In this document: piece after piece, positions 48,721 to 61,099 of the stretch
How positions within the stretch are numbered: position 1 is the stretch's first letter
Layout of the letters: each line of letters begins with the position of its first letter
Assembly (NCBI GenBank): GCA_013265495.1
Contig: MU058636.1
Span: forward strand, 2,356,001 to 2,420,000
Direction of reading: 5' to 3'
DNA from: Vicugna vicugna
Taxonomy: Eukaryota
Length of the DNA stretch: 64,000 nucleotides
Notes under the pieces: model-generated
What the model saw: the letters and a program-made list of their open reading frames with translations, nothing else
What the model was told of the DNA's origin: nothing
Databases searched by the model: none
Program-made: the position numbers and the translations under genes

Positions 48721-50854
48721 GGGACAACAAGGCATTGTGATGGAGACGGCATCTTTGCACTCTTTGGGGAGCTGGCCTAAATGACCGCTAAGGAGGTCTT
48801 CCCTTCCAATCCTTAAATTCTAAGACTTCAACTTTTAAAAAATAGGTTTTTCAGAACCGTTGCCTAAAAATTGTTGCCAAGTTGAAACCAACAGTTTGTT
48901 CTCATCTTTCTGTAAAGCACCATGGCTATATGCATGTATGTGTGTCCATTCATTCTTTTGCCGTGGTAATCTTATGACTAGGAATGTAGTCTGTGGAAAT
49001 AGAGTCTAAGGAATACCAAAAGGCCAAAAAAAAAAAAAAAAGAAAAGCCAATTTGCACAAATATGTTTATCACAGCAGAATTCATGGTAATGAAAAATTG
49101 GAGCAACTCAAGTAACCAATGCACAGCAGATGTTAAGCAAACAATAGTACATCAGAAATAATAGAACTTTATGTAATTGTTAATGTGGCAAGTGTATAGA
49201 TTATATTCTATAAATGATGAACACACTCAATAGTTTATAGTGTAAATCATTGATTAGAACTCTGTAAAAAAATTCAAGTTTCAGTATTGACCAGAATTAG
49301 AAATATTTTAATTGAGTTGATTTTTAGTTTTTGGCAAAGTGGTTATGTGCACATTAACATTTAAGAATGACAGACAATCCCTGCAGGAATATTCAGTTTG
49401 GATACAGGATGAGCCACTTTAGTGTTGGTGGCGCCCTCTCGGGGTACTCCCATCCCCTCTCTGGCCTCCCATCTCCTCACAGTCCCGTCAGAGGAAGAGG
49501 GAAGTAGGTAGGTAGGACTACAGACGAAACAACTGACTGGGGAGGGGTCCGTGAGGAGAAGTCGAGGCACCAGCTGGGGTTGCTTGGTTGGCTTGGAGCA
49601 GTTTCCATTTTTCTGGGTGAAAAGTGGAGCAGACAACGGGGTGCTAGTGGTCAGCCCTGTCTGTGCAGTTAGTAAGAGGGTGTTGATGGGATTCCTGGTG
49701 CGCTAGTTTGATGCACTAAAGACAGTGGTCATTTGGATCTGATACCCCTCCAGAGACCACTGGTCCAACACCTGGCAGACAGACACAGCAGGGACGGCGA
49801 GGGCAGGATGAAGCGGAGTCTGGATGGAATGAGGCCCTAGCACTTGGCATCCTGGGACAGCCCCTTCAGGGCCACACTGGCTGCCGGTAGGGGGGCAATG
49901 GTGATGATATAAATAATGCAGATCTGAGGAGGAGCTATGATGAAAGCGGGTCAGTGGCAGGGCAAGGCCCTCAGAGGTGACCTGAGAGGTCAGAGAGCTG
50001 TTCCCAGTGCCCGGCCCGCACAGACTCCCCATGCTCACCCCAGACGCCCAGACCTTCTACGGGGCAGTATCTCAGGTTCTGCTTACAGCCTGGGGCCTCT
50101 GCTTACAGAGCTGGAGGGACTGGTCTGTGTGTGGTGGGCATGGTGCTTCTGAGCACCGGGAATCCGGTGAGGAGCCCAGACATTGAGAGGAGCGCCAGTG
50201 CGGGCACCGCGTGGACCTGCCTGGGCAGAGGTTTGCAGCAGGCCAGGCCGCAGCCTGAAGGCCTGGCCACGAGTCCCGGCGGGGGACGTGGAGCCAGACG
50301 CAGCTCCCAGACAGGCCCACAGACGGAGATGGGAAAGGGCGGCTTTCTACCCAAGATCATTCAAATAAATTAAGTCTCCGAGTGGTTGATCACATCATTC
50401 CAGTTGCCAAGTGCATGTGTAAGGCAGTGTTCCCCAAAGGGTAGTTCTCAGATCCAAGTATCAGAAGCACCTGGATGTCCTTGATAAAAACGCACATGTG
50501 GATTTGGCGGGGGCGAGGTGGGGCTCAGGCAAGGCTCCAGATGCTCCTTCTTGCATAGAGATCCCCACCCCCCAGGTGGACGTCTTAGATGTGGACATGT
50601 GGGTAGGACAAATATTTTTAGCCCAACAGCTTCTTAGTGTTCCTCAAGTAAAACTATACTAGTAGTTGTTTACTCCATCAGGCCTTGAGAGACAAGTGTG
50701 TTTGGGGGGGTGGGGTCTGCGTGTTTCCCATTCTCCTTTCTCTGCTCTCAGGTTCAATGTAACTCTCGAATTTCCAGTGTGCATTCCTAGCTTGGAGTCA
50801 TGGACATCACCCTTCTCCCTGCCAGGAAACAGGGACCCCATACTCGGCATGTAG

Positions 50855-51630
50855 TCGTTTTCCAAGCTGTGTGTCACGTCACCACGGACTTTGCAGCTTT
50901 AAGCAGCACACACACTATCTCACTGTTTCCGTGGGTCAGGAGTCCAGCCTCGGCTTAGCAGGGTCTTGCGCTCCCCGAGGCTGTAATCAAGCCATCAGCC
51001 AGGCTGTGTTCTCATCTGGAGCTCAAAGTTCTCTTCCAAGTTGCCATGGTTGTCATAGAATTCACTTCCTTGCAATTAGAGAACGGAGGGTCCTGGCTTC
51101 TTACTTGCTTTTGGCCGGAGGCCACCTTCAGCTCCTAGAGGTGCCCGCAGGTCCCCGCCACGTGGCCCTCTCTGTGGGCGGTCCTCACGCGACTGTTCGC
51201 CTCCCAGAGGCTGCGAGACTCTCTCCATTCAGCTAAGATGGAGGCTTATGTAAGGTAACCTCATCAGGAGTGATCCCCATCGGCTTGGCCATTCTGGCTA
51301 GTCCGTTAGTTCACTAGGGCTGCCAAAACGGAGTGCCAGAGACTGGGGGAGCTTAAACATCACACATTTATTCTGTCTCAGTTCTGGAGGCTGGAAGTCC
51401 AAGATCAAGGTGTCAGCAGGGTTGGTTTCTACTGAAGGGTTGGTTTCCTTGGCTTGCCTTCTGGTGTCTTCACGTGGTCTTCTCTCTTTGTGTGTCTGTG
51501 TCCAGAGTTCCCCTTCCTACAAGGACACCATCATACTGAATTGGGGCCCACCCACATGTGTTCATTTAACCTTAATCACCTCTACAAAGGCCTCATAATC
51601 CAAATACAGTCACATTCTAAGGTTCTGAGA
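50855..51630 (-). mobile_element. Two adjacent MLT1 LTR remnants
   Basis: GGGTCAGGAGTCCAG...GGCTTAGC in the first; CAGTTCTGGAGGCTGGAAGTCCAAGATCAAGGTG...CAAATACAGTCACATTCT in the second. Confidence 0.7.
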
Positions 51631-52499
51631 AGGTTCGTGGGAGGTGTGCTCAGGAGTGGGCTCAGACGGTCAGGGAAGGCTTCCTGATTCAGGAGGACCT
51701 CAGAGGAGTTAGCAGAACAGAGAGGGAGAGGGCAGTGTCCAGGCAGAAGGAATAGCACGGTGTCAGTGAGGAATGGTTTGGGCTTCAAGGAATAGAGCGC
51801 TGTGTGAGGCAGGCTGGAAGCAGTGGTTCACCATGTCTCGGGGCTCGGAGAGGCAGCTGTGGCCTTGGTGGGCGTGTCAGGGCCTGTCTCTGCAGCTCCT
51901 GTCACAGCCGCTCCCTCACAAGATCGCACTTGCCACCCGGGTACCACTTCTGTGTCAAAGGTACAACAATGAGGAAATGTTCCTGGTGATTCCTGCTCTA
52001 TTTTTTTCTTATTGAGTCCTTTCCGTTGAAGGCAGTCAGAGTCGGTTTCTGTTACTTAAAAATGAAGATTTCTAATTGATACAGGCCTCTGTTGGTTTTC
52101 AGCTGGATCATGATTTATCGAAGAGTGGACAGGAGGAGAGAGAGCAGAGACAAGTGACAAAGGATGCGGGGAGGGTGGGGCTGGGGACAGGCTTCCTGTC
52201 TCCCTCTTTCTCTTCGGGTGTGGAGGAGCCGCGTGCTGGGGGTGTGGAGCTGCAGGCCTGGGGGGTGGGTGCAGAGAGTGGGGAACTGAGGAAAGACGTG
52301 AGGGCCGCAGACACATTGCCCTCTCCTGCCGTCACAGAGAAAAGGCGGTGGAAATGAACGGAGCTCAGTTTTTAGGAGAGGCCAAAAAAAGTTTACAAGA
52401 CTCATTTCTAGGGCTTTTTATTTTCTCTGAAGAGTGAGAGGCCAGGTCGTCACCTAGGAGCTAGGGGCGCCGCGTTTGGGTTACACTGTACCGACCACT

Positions 52500-52955
52500 C
52501 TGAGGAGCTGCGTGCGTGTAGCTCGTATCTGTCAGAATTCATCGTGTCTGAAATTGCAGCTGAGAAATGTTGAGAAGCTTTATTAATTCATTTTAATATG
52601 TTAAGAAGCCCATTACACATTCATCTAAGTAACATCTTTTTGTGTAAAAGTAATATATTTTCCAAAACAAAAAAATATATGAATGAGAAGAGTGGTGGTG
52701 TCTTGCATTTTGTAAATCACTTTAATGTCTGGCTTAAAAGAAGATAGCTGGATTCCCGTCTCTGCTTCTGCACTCAGCCTGCTGCGCCATCACGCGAGGG
52801 ATGCCCTGAACAACTGCGTGTACACCGTTCCCCGGCGAGAGGGTGAAAGGGAAGAGGGCAAATCAAATTGTGTTATTATGAAAACGGTTTTGACCTCCTG
52901 AGTCCACGATGAGGGTCTTGGGGACACCCAGGGGACAGCATGTTGAGACCCTCTC
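52500..52955 (+). mobile_element. hAT-Charlie1-like DNA transposon end
   Basis: TATATTTTCCAAAACAAAAAA...GAGAAGAGTGG...TTTAATGTCTGGCTTAAAAGAAGATAGCTGGATTC. Confidence 0.6.
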
Positions 52956-55140
52956 TTTAGAGGATTCTACTCTTCCTGGGGCTGGAGGGGTCACACCCCC
53001 TCTCCCTCAAAACTTAGGGCACCTCCAAAGACCTGTTCTTTCTTCTCTGGGTCAAGAGTAAACTCAAGTTTCTAGGCCTCAAAGCCGTCCTTGCTTTCTG
53101 AGAGGAGGGTGAGAAAAACACTTACTTTTCAGGGAGACACCAGCGGAAGTCACGCCTGTGAATTTCTCAGATTCATCTGCTACAAAGGGATGGCAGGGCT
53201 GCTGGGTGAGGAGGGGCGAGGAAAGGTTTGGACGCAGCAGGACAGTGAGGGAGGGGGTGGGAAACGAGCGGCGCCCCGCCCCCCGGGAGGGCTCAGCACA
53301 CACCCAGGCCCCGACGAAAGCGGGGCAGTTGGAGCCCGCGCCCCCCGGCTTTCTCCTTGCCTGACCTTTCCCTGAAACGTCTCCCTCACACCCACTGTGG
53401 GTGCTGATACCCGGATCTCCCTGGTCTCTCTCCTTTATCCCATTTCCCTCTCTCCAGACTAGCATCTCTTGCCATCCGGTTGAAATCTTGCTGGCTGTAT
53501 GGCCTTGAGCAAGTTGTTAACCTCGCTAAACTTCACTTTCCTGATCTGTAGATGGGAGATTATAGTGGTGTCCACCCCAGGAGATTGTGCAATCACATCA
53601 GAAGATGCATGCAAATCACTTAGCACAGTCAGCGTCTGGTCCTGCACCCAGCAGACGTTCACTTCGCGTGAGCCAGCTAATGAGCATCTCTGGTAAGGCC
53701 GCTGGGAGGTGTAAGGGCCAGCTGACATTTCTTCTGCCACACACGGCTTTTACTCTGTGTCTTCTCTGTAGTTATTCATGGCCTCCAAAGCACGAATAAT
53801 TCAAATTTTGTTTATGTCATATCTGGGGGTGGGGAGTCTGTGAGCATCTCCTTGGGCCTACATCTTCAGTATTTAACTAATTATCTTTGCAGGCAAACAC
53901 TGGCCACAGTAATCCTACTGGCACAACTCTTCCGTTTCTTCCTGCTTCCTCTCACTCTTTCAAAACGGAGACCAGTCTTAGGCCCACATGAAATTCAGAG
54001 CGGATCCCACAGCAAGTGCAGAAACGCACAGTCCTTCCCTCAGGGACCGTGGCGCCCAGCTGCCTGCTTCTCTCCCTGGCTTGTGGGGCTGGGGAGAGGG
54101 GGACGCGACTGTGGCCACAACAGCTGCAGTCCCTCCCGAGGGCCCCTTCCTCCGAGACAGAGGGCATTAAACCATCCACTCTGTCACAAGGTCCTCCCCA
54201 CCCTTTGCCCAAATGCTTGATTCTGAGGCTAATTTGGCAGGAAACAGGACTCACACTTAGTTACTGAGGATCAGGTCTTCTGTCCTCTCCTAGAGACTCC
54301 CTACCTTACCCCCTTTTATGAGTTCATGTTTATAAAGGAGCATACTAAAAAAAACTCGTTTCTTTAGTTTATCATCAGAACGTACTTGGATTTGACAAAC
54401 AGATTATTTAGGGGATTGTCTATCAGTCACGCATCCAACGTGTATTTCTTGAGAGCATCCCATGTTACAGACACAACTCTTGGTTCTAGAGAGCCAGCAG
54501 TGGACAGGGCAGGCAGGCTTGTTTTTCTGATAGAAGACGAAGAGGGGCAGAAAACACACAAAGAAACAAACCAGAAAACATCGTGGAGGCCAGGGGCCAG
54601 GTAGAGATTTTGGTTACTAGTAACAGAAACTGACTTAGTTTTAACAAAACGCAAAAGAAGGGGTTTCTCGGAAGCTGCAGAGAATCGAAGGAAAGGCTGA
54701 GAAATCAAGATTTGGAGGCTCTCCAACCAGAATAACTTTGAGGACCTAGGAAACTGAAAGGGCCTGCGGGCAGTATCTTTCCAGCACCATCCCTTGAACC
54801 CGTCAGGGTCAAGATGCTGGAGAGAGGGCAGCTGGTTGGTCTAGCTTGACTCACGTGCCCTCCTCTCGACCAGGGGAGGAGGGGCAGGCCATCTGGACTG
54901 ACAGCCCCTCCAAGATACTCTCCAATGCTTGGAGTAGTAAGTCTCCAAAGCAAACTTGGGGTGCTGTTGCTGAAGCAGGAGAAATGGATGCTGAGTGGAC
55001 AAAAGAGCAGCTGTGTCTTGGTTTAAAGGAATTTATGAGAAGCCTAGGGATTTTAGCTTCTGCAAGTGTTCCAGAAACGGACGTGACTTTGGTTTGCATG
55101 AATTAGATCCACCTGGGCTTCAAGGTGGTCCAGCTCCACA

Positions 55141-55154
55141 GCGCCCTCTAGTGG
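55141..55154 (-). promoter_or_regulatory. CTCF core motif
   Basis: GCGCCCTCTAGTGG, which reads CCACTAGAGGGCGC on the - strand (consensus match). Confidence 0.65.
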
Positions 55155-55503
55155 TGAGAATAGGATTGAGGCTCTAAGTGTAGTTAGTCATTTTGAGAAG
55201 GGCACCTACAATCTAAAGCAGCAGCTATAAATAGTCTGGCCCCCCTAAAAGAGAAATCAGTGTCTCACTGTCGGGCTGTATTCTGAATGAGTTAAATAGG
55301 AGGTTTCACTCCCCCTTTAAGCATACTTTGGTCCATCAAAGGAGAATTTTACAATAGAGGGTCTCAAACTTGCTGTTTCTGCACTTTTGTTTATTCTGAT
55401 CACCTTCGGGGTCTCTTCTAGTTTTAAAATTTTGTGTTCTACAAATCTCACCATCTTTATCAATTTGCTATGATACAGCTATGTTGTAAACAATATTATT
55501 ATT

Positions 55504-55588
55504 ATTTTTAATGGCGGTACTGGGGATTGAACCCAGGACCTTGTGCATGCTAAGGACCCTCTCTACCACTGAGCTCTATCCTCCCCTC
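55504..55588 (-). mobile_element. Vic-1-like SINE with TSD
   Basis: GGGGATTGAACCCAGGACC...CTACCACTGAGCT, flanked by AACAATATTATTATT repeats. Confidence 0.85.
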
Positions 55589-57334
55589 AACAATATTATT
55601 ATTAACATGATACCTTTGCTTGCTAAGATTTGTTCTATAATACTTTTGTTTTTTCCAAGAGTGTTCAATCAATATCCATAAGCTTTCTTTAAGTAGAGCA
55701 GAGTTAGATGGAATTTCTTCCATTTTAAAGATCAGGAAATGAGAAACACAGTGGTTCATAAGTAAGGGTATGATAGATTTCAGTTTGTCTTTTCACACTG
55801 ACATTTATTATTCCTGTCCCTTTTGTGACAATTATACATCAGACACTGTTAGAGAACCATGTTGTGAGGATTATGGTCAAACAGGAGATTTTATCTTTAT
55901 CCAAAAGTTATCTATGGGGTAAGGTATTTGGTTATTTGGTTGTGGCAAGGCCTGAAAAATAAAGATAATATGTGAGCATAGGAACTCAGTGATGAAGTTT
56001 AAGATTTTTCCAGAGTAGGAAGCAATTACAATTTGCAATTTAATTGGAAAAACACAATCAAAGGAGTAAGAATGTCTGTTCTGCTGAATATTAAAGTTCA
56101 CCACAAAGGAAAGCCTCATGTGAAATGTAGTTGTGGCTAATTAGTGCAGTATATGGGCTGGAACCAGTGCCGTGCTCAGGGCTAGACAATGAACTCCTCG
56201 GGGGCCAGAGATCAATGATCATCCAGGAAGCAAACACTTAGAATCGCATACCTTGGAATACTCCTGTCTGTTGCAATATTTCACAACACACAATGCACTC
56301 CCCTATCTTTTCTCTTGACATTCAATTTGCAATTGCTCAGAACCATCATAAGCTTGGGCTTCTTAATAAAGAATTATGGGTACATTGGCCCTAAACTGAA
56401 TGCAAAGCAAAGCTGACTGGTCTCTACAAACAAGCTGAATAAATTCCCCAAAGGCCAGCCCACTAGGTCTGTCCTCCTGACCCTGGGGTAGAATGAAAAG
56501 CTCAGTTTGCAGACCACATGTTTGGAACAGTATGATCTCGAAAAGTGCACGGGGATAAAAGTCAGGCTTGCTTGGGTTCTGGTCTTCTCGGTTCGCTCTG
56601 CCACGGGGAGCTGTGTGACCTTAAGTACGATTCTTTACTTCTCTGGGCTTTATTCATTTCACCTATAAAAGGAGTGGAGCTGTCACTCTCCGAGGATGCT
56701 GTAAAAGCATCACATGCTAGGCGATGGGGAAATACGATGGTCCTAAGCAAAGTCAGCATTCTGCTTTCAAAGCAAGTCTGCGTACTGGAAAAGTGTTCTT
56801 CCTTTCCATCCCATCTACTGATCTGACAGATACACCCTGCAGGCCCTGCCCTGGTGGTTCTTTGCTCTTTATTTTTGTCTTATCAGTGGGTTGTCAAGAC
56901 ATATTCTTATTTCAGCATCTGAGTGTTTACACATGCTAGGCACCATTCCACGAGCTGGGGATAGAGTCATGGACCAAAAGCTCCACAAAAATTCCTGCTT
57001 GTGTGGATATTCTAGTACGTGCAGACCCACCAAGAGCAGGCTAACTGACACCATACGTCAGGGGTCAGAAGTAAGTGCTCTGAGGAAAAACAAAGGTGGT
57101 TTACGGTCCCGGAGGGGGACGCTATTTTAGCTGGGGAAGGCCTCCCCGAGAAGGTGACATCTGAACGGAGTTCTGAGTGATTGCAGGGAGGGAGGGGGTC
57201 CCCACAGTCTCTGGGCAAGAAGAGCCCAGGGGAGTGGACATCTCAAGGACGAAGTTCCCAAAAGGAGAGTACACTTGAGGTTGGAAGAAACATCAAGGAA
57301 AGTGACATGGCTGGCGTTAGGAGAGGGGAGACTG

Positions 57335-57355
57335 GGCGGCGGCGGCGGCGGCGGC
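57335..57355 (+). repeat. (GGC)n trinucleotide repeat
   Basis: About 7 GGC units. Confidence 0.9.
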
Positions 57356-57494
57356 GTCCGCTTTGATGGTAGCAGGACCGTGGGGAGCTGTTACCCCTTT
57401 CCTTCCAGAAGCTGGACGGCACTTAGGTGACAGCACAGGCTGGATTTAGGGGGACCTAGGTTGTTAGCGTTGGCTGGGCTCGGAGAGTAAACGG

Positions 57495-57795
57495 CGCTCT
57501 GTCAGGTGTGTGCCCAGTGCTGTCCCAGGGCCCCGCGATCCTGGGTCGGCTCCCGGTGCTGGCCCAGGAACCTGGCCAGGGCGCAGGACGCGGTCCCTGC
57601 GCGGGGCCGGGAGGGTCCGCGCCCCCCTTCCAGGATCCCCGCGCCGGAGGGAGCGGACGGTAAATAGCAAATAAAACACAACAGGACAGGTCGAGAGAGA
57701 GACTGCAGAAGAAAGGAAAAGCTTTCTTCTTGCTTTTGGACAAAGGGCCGGTCTTTTCATTCTGCACTGGCCCCGGGGCTCTTCGTGGCGGGGAG
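57495..57795 (+). mobile_element. MER45-like hAT-Tip100 element with high CpG content
   Basis: 5' part ...CAGGGCCCCGCG and 3' part TTTTGGACAAAGGG...TTTTCATTCTGCACTGGCCCC resemble MER45 ends as I recall them. Confidence 0.55.
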
Positions 57796-58503
57796 GAGAG
57801 GCACCGGCCCGCGCCCGGCTGCGGCTCTGAGCGGCCCCTCCCAGAGCCGGTTTTCAAAGCCAGGTGATACTCTCGCTGCGTTTCCCGGGGTCCTGTTGCC
57901 CTCTGCTGGGCAGACCTGTGAAGAAACTGCTCCCAAATCACACCCGAATTTCAAAACCCAATTCGAGAGGATGGTTGAATCATCTAAGTTCTTCCTCCGG
58001 GTTTTGAAGACTGTTGTAGGTTTGAGCAACCGATTCCAAAGTGAATCGCCTTGAGGGTTGGTGAGTTTTGTTTCAGAACAAGCAATCTCAGACCTTAGTA
58101 TCCAGATCTAAGGTGTAAAGTGCAGCAGAAACAAAAGGTTTTGAACAGTTGGTGATTCTGTTCCATTGTGTCATCTTGTAATACTGCTTACTGCGTATGA
58201 AATATTCTTTATAACTTAAAAAATTATTGGAATGGACCTACACTTTAGTGGTGTCTTTGTCCAGAATTTAAAGAACCTAATTACCCCAATTTTAAAGTTC
58301 CATATATCTGGCGATTTTTTCATTTCACTGGACCTAGGAGGAATTACCTAGGGTGTGTTCCTTTAATGGCTGTAAGACATCAAGAATTTAACATTCAGCC
58401 GTTAAATCACTGCCTCTAAGATGGCCTCTCTTCTTGGCAATGGTGGTACCAAAACCATGCGGTAAAAGTCATTAACATTGGACTTCTGTCTTTACCTTTT
58501 CTA

Positions 58504-58505
<2 letters not shown>

Positions 58506-58534
<29 letters not shown>
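58506..58534 (+). repeat. (TG)n microsatellite
   Basis: About 14 TG units. Similar tracts at ~37433-37454 and ~47661-47703. Confidence 0.95.
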
Positions 58535-60913
58535 GTGTATGTGAGCATCAGTGAAAGATGAGTATCCTCTGTGTGCAGGGACTGGGGAGTGACTAACACA
58601 GCCGAGGTTCCTGTCTAGACTCTCCTGTGGGCTAAGCACTGGGCCACGTGCTTTATCTTCCTTATCTCATTTAAAGTTCACAGCAGCTTCACAAGAGGGG
58701 TATTATAGGTCCCACAGAAACCTGAGCATCAGTAAAGTTAAATAACTTGACCGAAGTTGTTGCTCTAGTAGCTGAGAGTTTGGACTCAATGCCCAACCGC
58801 CTGACTCCAAAGCCCTGTGCCCTTCCGCTGTGCAGTGTGACTGCTTGATGAATGACTCTAATCCTGATTAGTTCTGTGCAGAGTTAAAGTCCTAAGGATT
58901 TAACAGATTGTGCAATGCAGTGGCACGTTACTATTTACAGACGGCAAAATTGCAGCCCCGGGGGATGAAGTGACATGCTCTAAGCTGGGTATTGGGGGAA
59001 GAGCTGGACGTGGACCCTAAGTCCCCTGACCCCTAGTTTAGTGCTCTATCCAGTATATCACGGTGCTAGGGTAACTTAGTTGTAAAAACTGGGGATAATC
59101 TTTTCTATTCCCACTTTCCTTTCTCCCATGTGGTGTTTGGGCACTCAAATAACTGCCTGGAGTGAGAGGGAGAAAAGAATGACCCGGTACAAGAGCTTAC
59201 CTGAATTATGTATTGGTCATGGTCTAACAGAAAGGAAAGAGAAAGAAAGCTAACAAACCAGGCTGCTCACCATCGCTTTAATATCACCCAGTGCAACCTC
59301 CCAATCAGTTGATCAATCAACCAACATTTTAGTGAGCATCTTCTGTGAACCAAGTACCAAGAAGAGTGCTAGACAACTAGAAATGAGCTACAGCCAATGG
59401 GGGACTCACAGTTAAATGGGGTGAGCAAACATGTAAACAAAAGCACGTTGCGATGCAAATCCCATACACACCCTGCTGTGGGACCTCAGGAGGAAGAGCA
59501 GCAATTCTCCCCTGGGGAATCGGGGAAGAATCCGCCAGGGACAGCCCCTCAGTCACAGCAGGACGCCTTCAATACAGTAGTGCTATTCATGCAATCTTTT
59601 TCCAGTCCTTCTAACAATGCATCATGCCGCCTTCAATTCCAACTTGTACAGATAAGAGGATCATAAGATAATCCAGGAACTGGAAATTGCAAAAAAAAAA
59701 AAAATGGGGGAGCAATTCAATTATTCCAGTTAATAAGGAACAAAGATGTGGATTATTCAATGATTGTGGTAAGTTTGAATTCTCTAGAGGAGCGGGGCAG
59801 TGAACGAAAGCTTCATTTCAGCTTTTTGGTTAAACACAAAGTAATTGGGATAGTTAAACTGGCATGCTAATTTAATTAAAAATGTAAAGCAAAAACAAAC
59901 ACGTTCGCTATAAGGGTGACTGTGATATAATCTTCATGAATTTCCAATTTAAACATTTTTCCAGTTAGCATTGGGATACACTTTTAGAGCTCCCAGGTGT
60001 ACTACAGAGAACTCAGGGGAAAAATCATAGGGTCTAAGTGTGATTAATAGACCTCTCTTATTCTAGATAGATTACTGAATTACATATATTTAAAGTTTTA
60101 GAAAAACAGGAAATGGAATTGATTCTTAAATTTCAGAATTGGGAAAGACTTAGTTTAGGTTCAAAAGGAGTATAAGATTAACAGAAAGAAAAGTGTACAA
60201 ACTTAACTAAAAACGTGAGTTTTCCCTCTGTAAAATTAAGGCACACCATGAAAATATAAGACAAACTCTAGCACGAGGGGACAAGTTACAGCAAATGCTA
60301 CTACTTATATAAAATTAATTATATATATTAATTGTATTTATATATTAAACTTGTATAAGCTAATCACTACGAGGTTGGTAAGTAATGCTGTAACACCTTG
60401 ATCGATAAATAGATGTGTTAGTCAGGTATTACCTCAATGTTACTGCGTGACAAATCCCCTTAACTCGGTGGCTTACAGCAACAGCATTTATTCTCTCATG
60501 AGTCTGCTGGTCAGCCTGATTTGCCTCACTTAGACTGAGTTGGGTGACTCTGCTTCAGGCTGCAAGTTCACCGGGCTTGGCTCCAGGATGTAATTTGGAT
60601 ACAGGTCTGTTCCAGGTGTACTCATCACTCAGAGACCATTGATTAGCCTGCTGGTTCTCATGGTGATAACATTGCAAGAGATAAGCCAGTCTGAGCAAGT
60701 GTAATTAAAGCCTTTTGCTTATGTCATGTCTGCTAATGTTCTGTTGGCCAAAGCAAGTCATAGGGCCAAGCCCAACACCATCCATCTGGGTGGGGAATAG
60801 TATTCCATCCGCAGTGGAAGGGGAACCTGAATTAGTCTAAAGGATCACAACAGGAAAAAGAAATAAATTGGCAATCTGCAAAATAGGAAACCCACAATTA
60901 ATAGACATATGGA

Positions 60914-60992
60914 TATAAATGTTTAACTGAATCACTGTGCTCTGCACCAGGAACTAACACAACATTGTAAACCAACAATACTTCAATAAAAA
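60914..60992 (+). mobile_element. Very short L1 3'-end insertion with TSD
   Basis: AACTGAATCACTGTGC...ACTTCAATAAAAA between AATAGACATATGGA repeats (60900-60913 and 60993-61006). Confidence 0.8.
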
Positions 60993-61099
60993 AATAGACA
61001 TATGGAAAGATGATTAATCCACTGGTAATATAAAAATGGAAATTAAAATTGCATTGAGATAGCACTGTTACTTATTAATAAAGTGTTAAAATCAAATCA

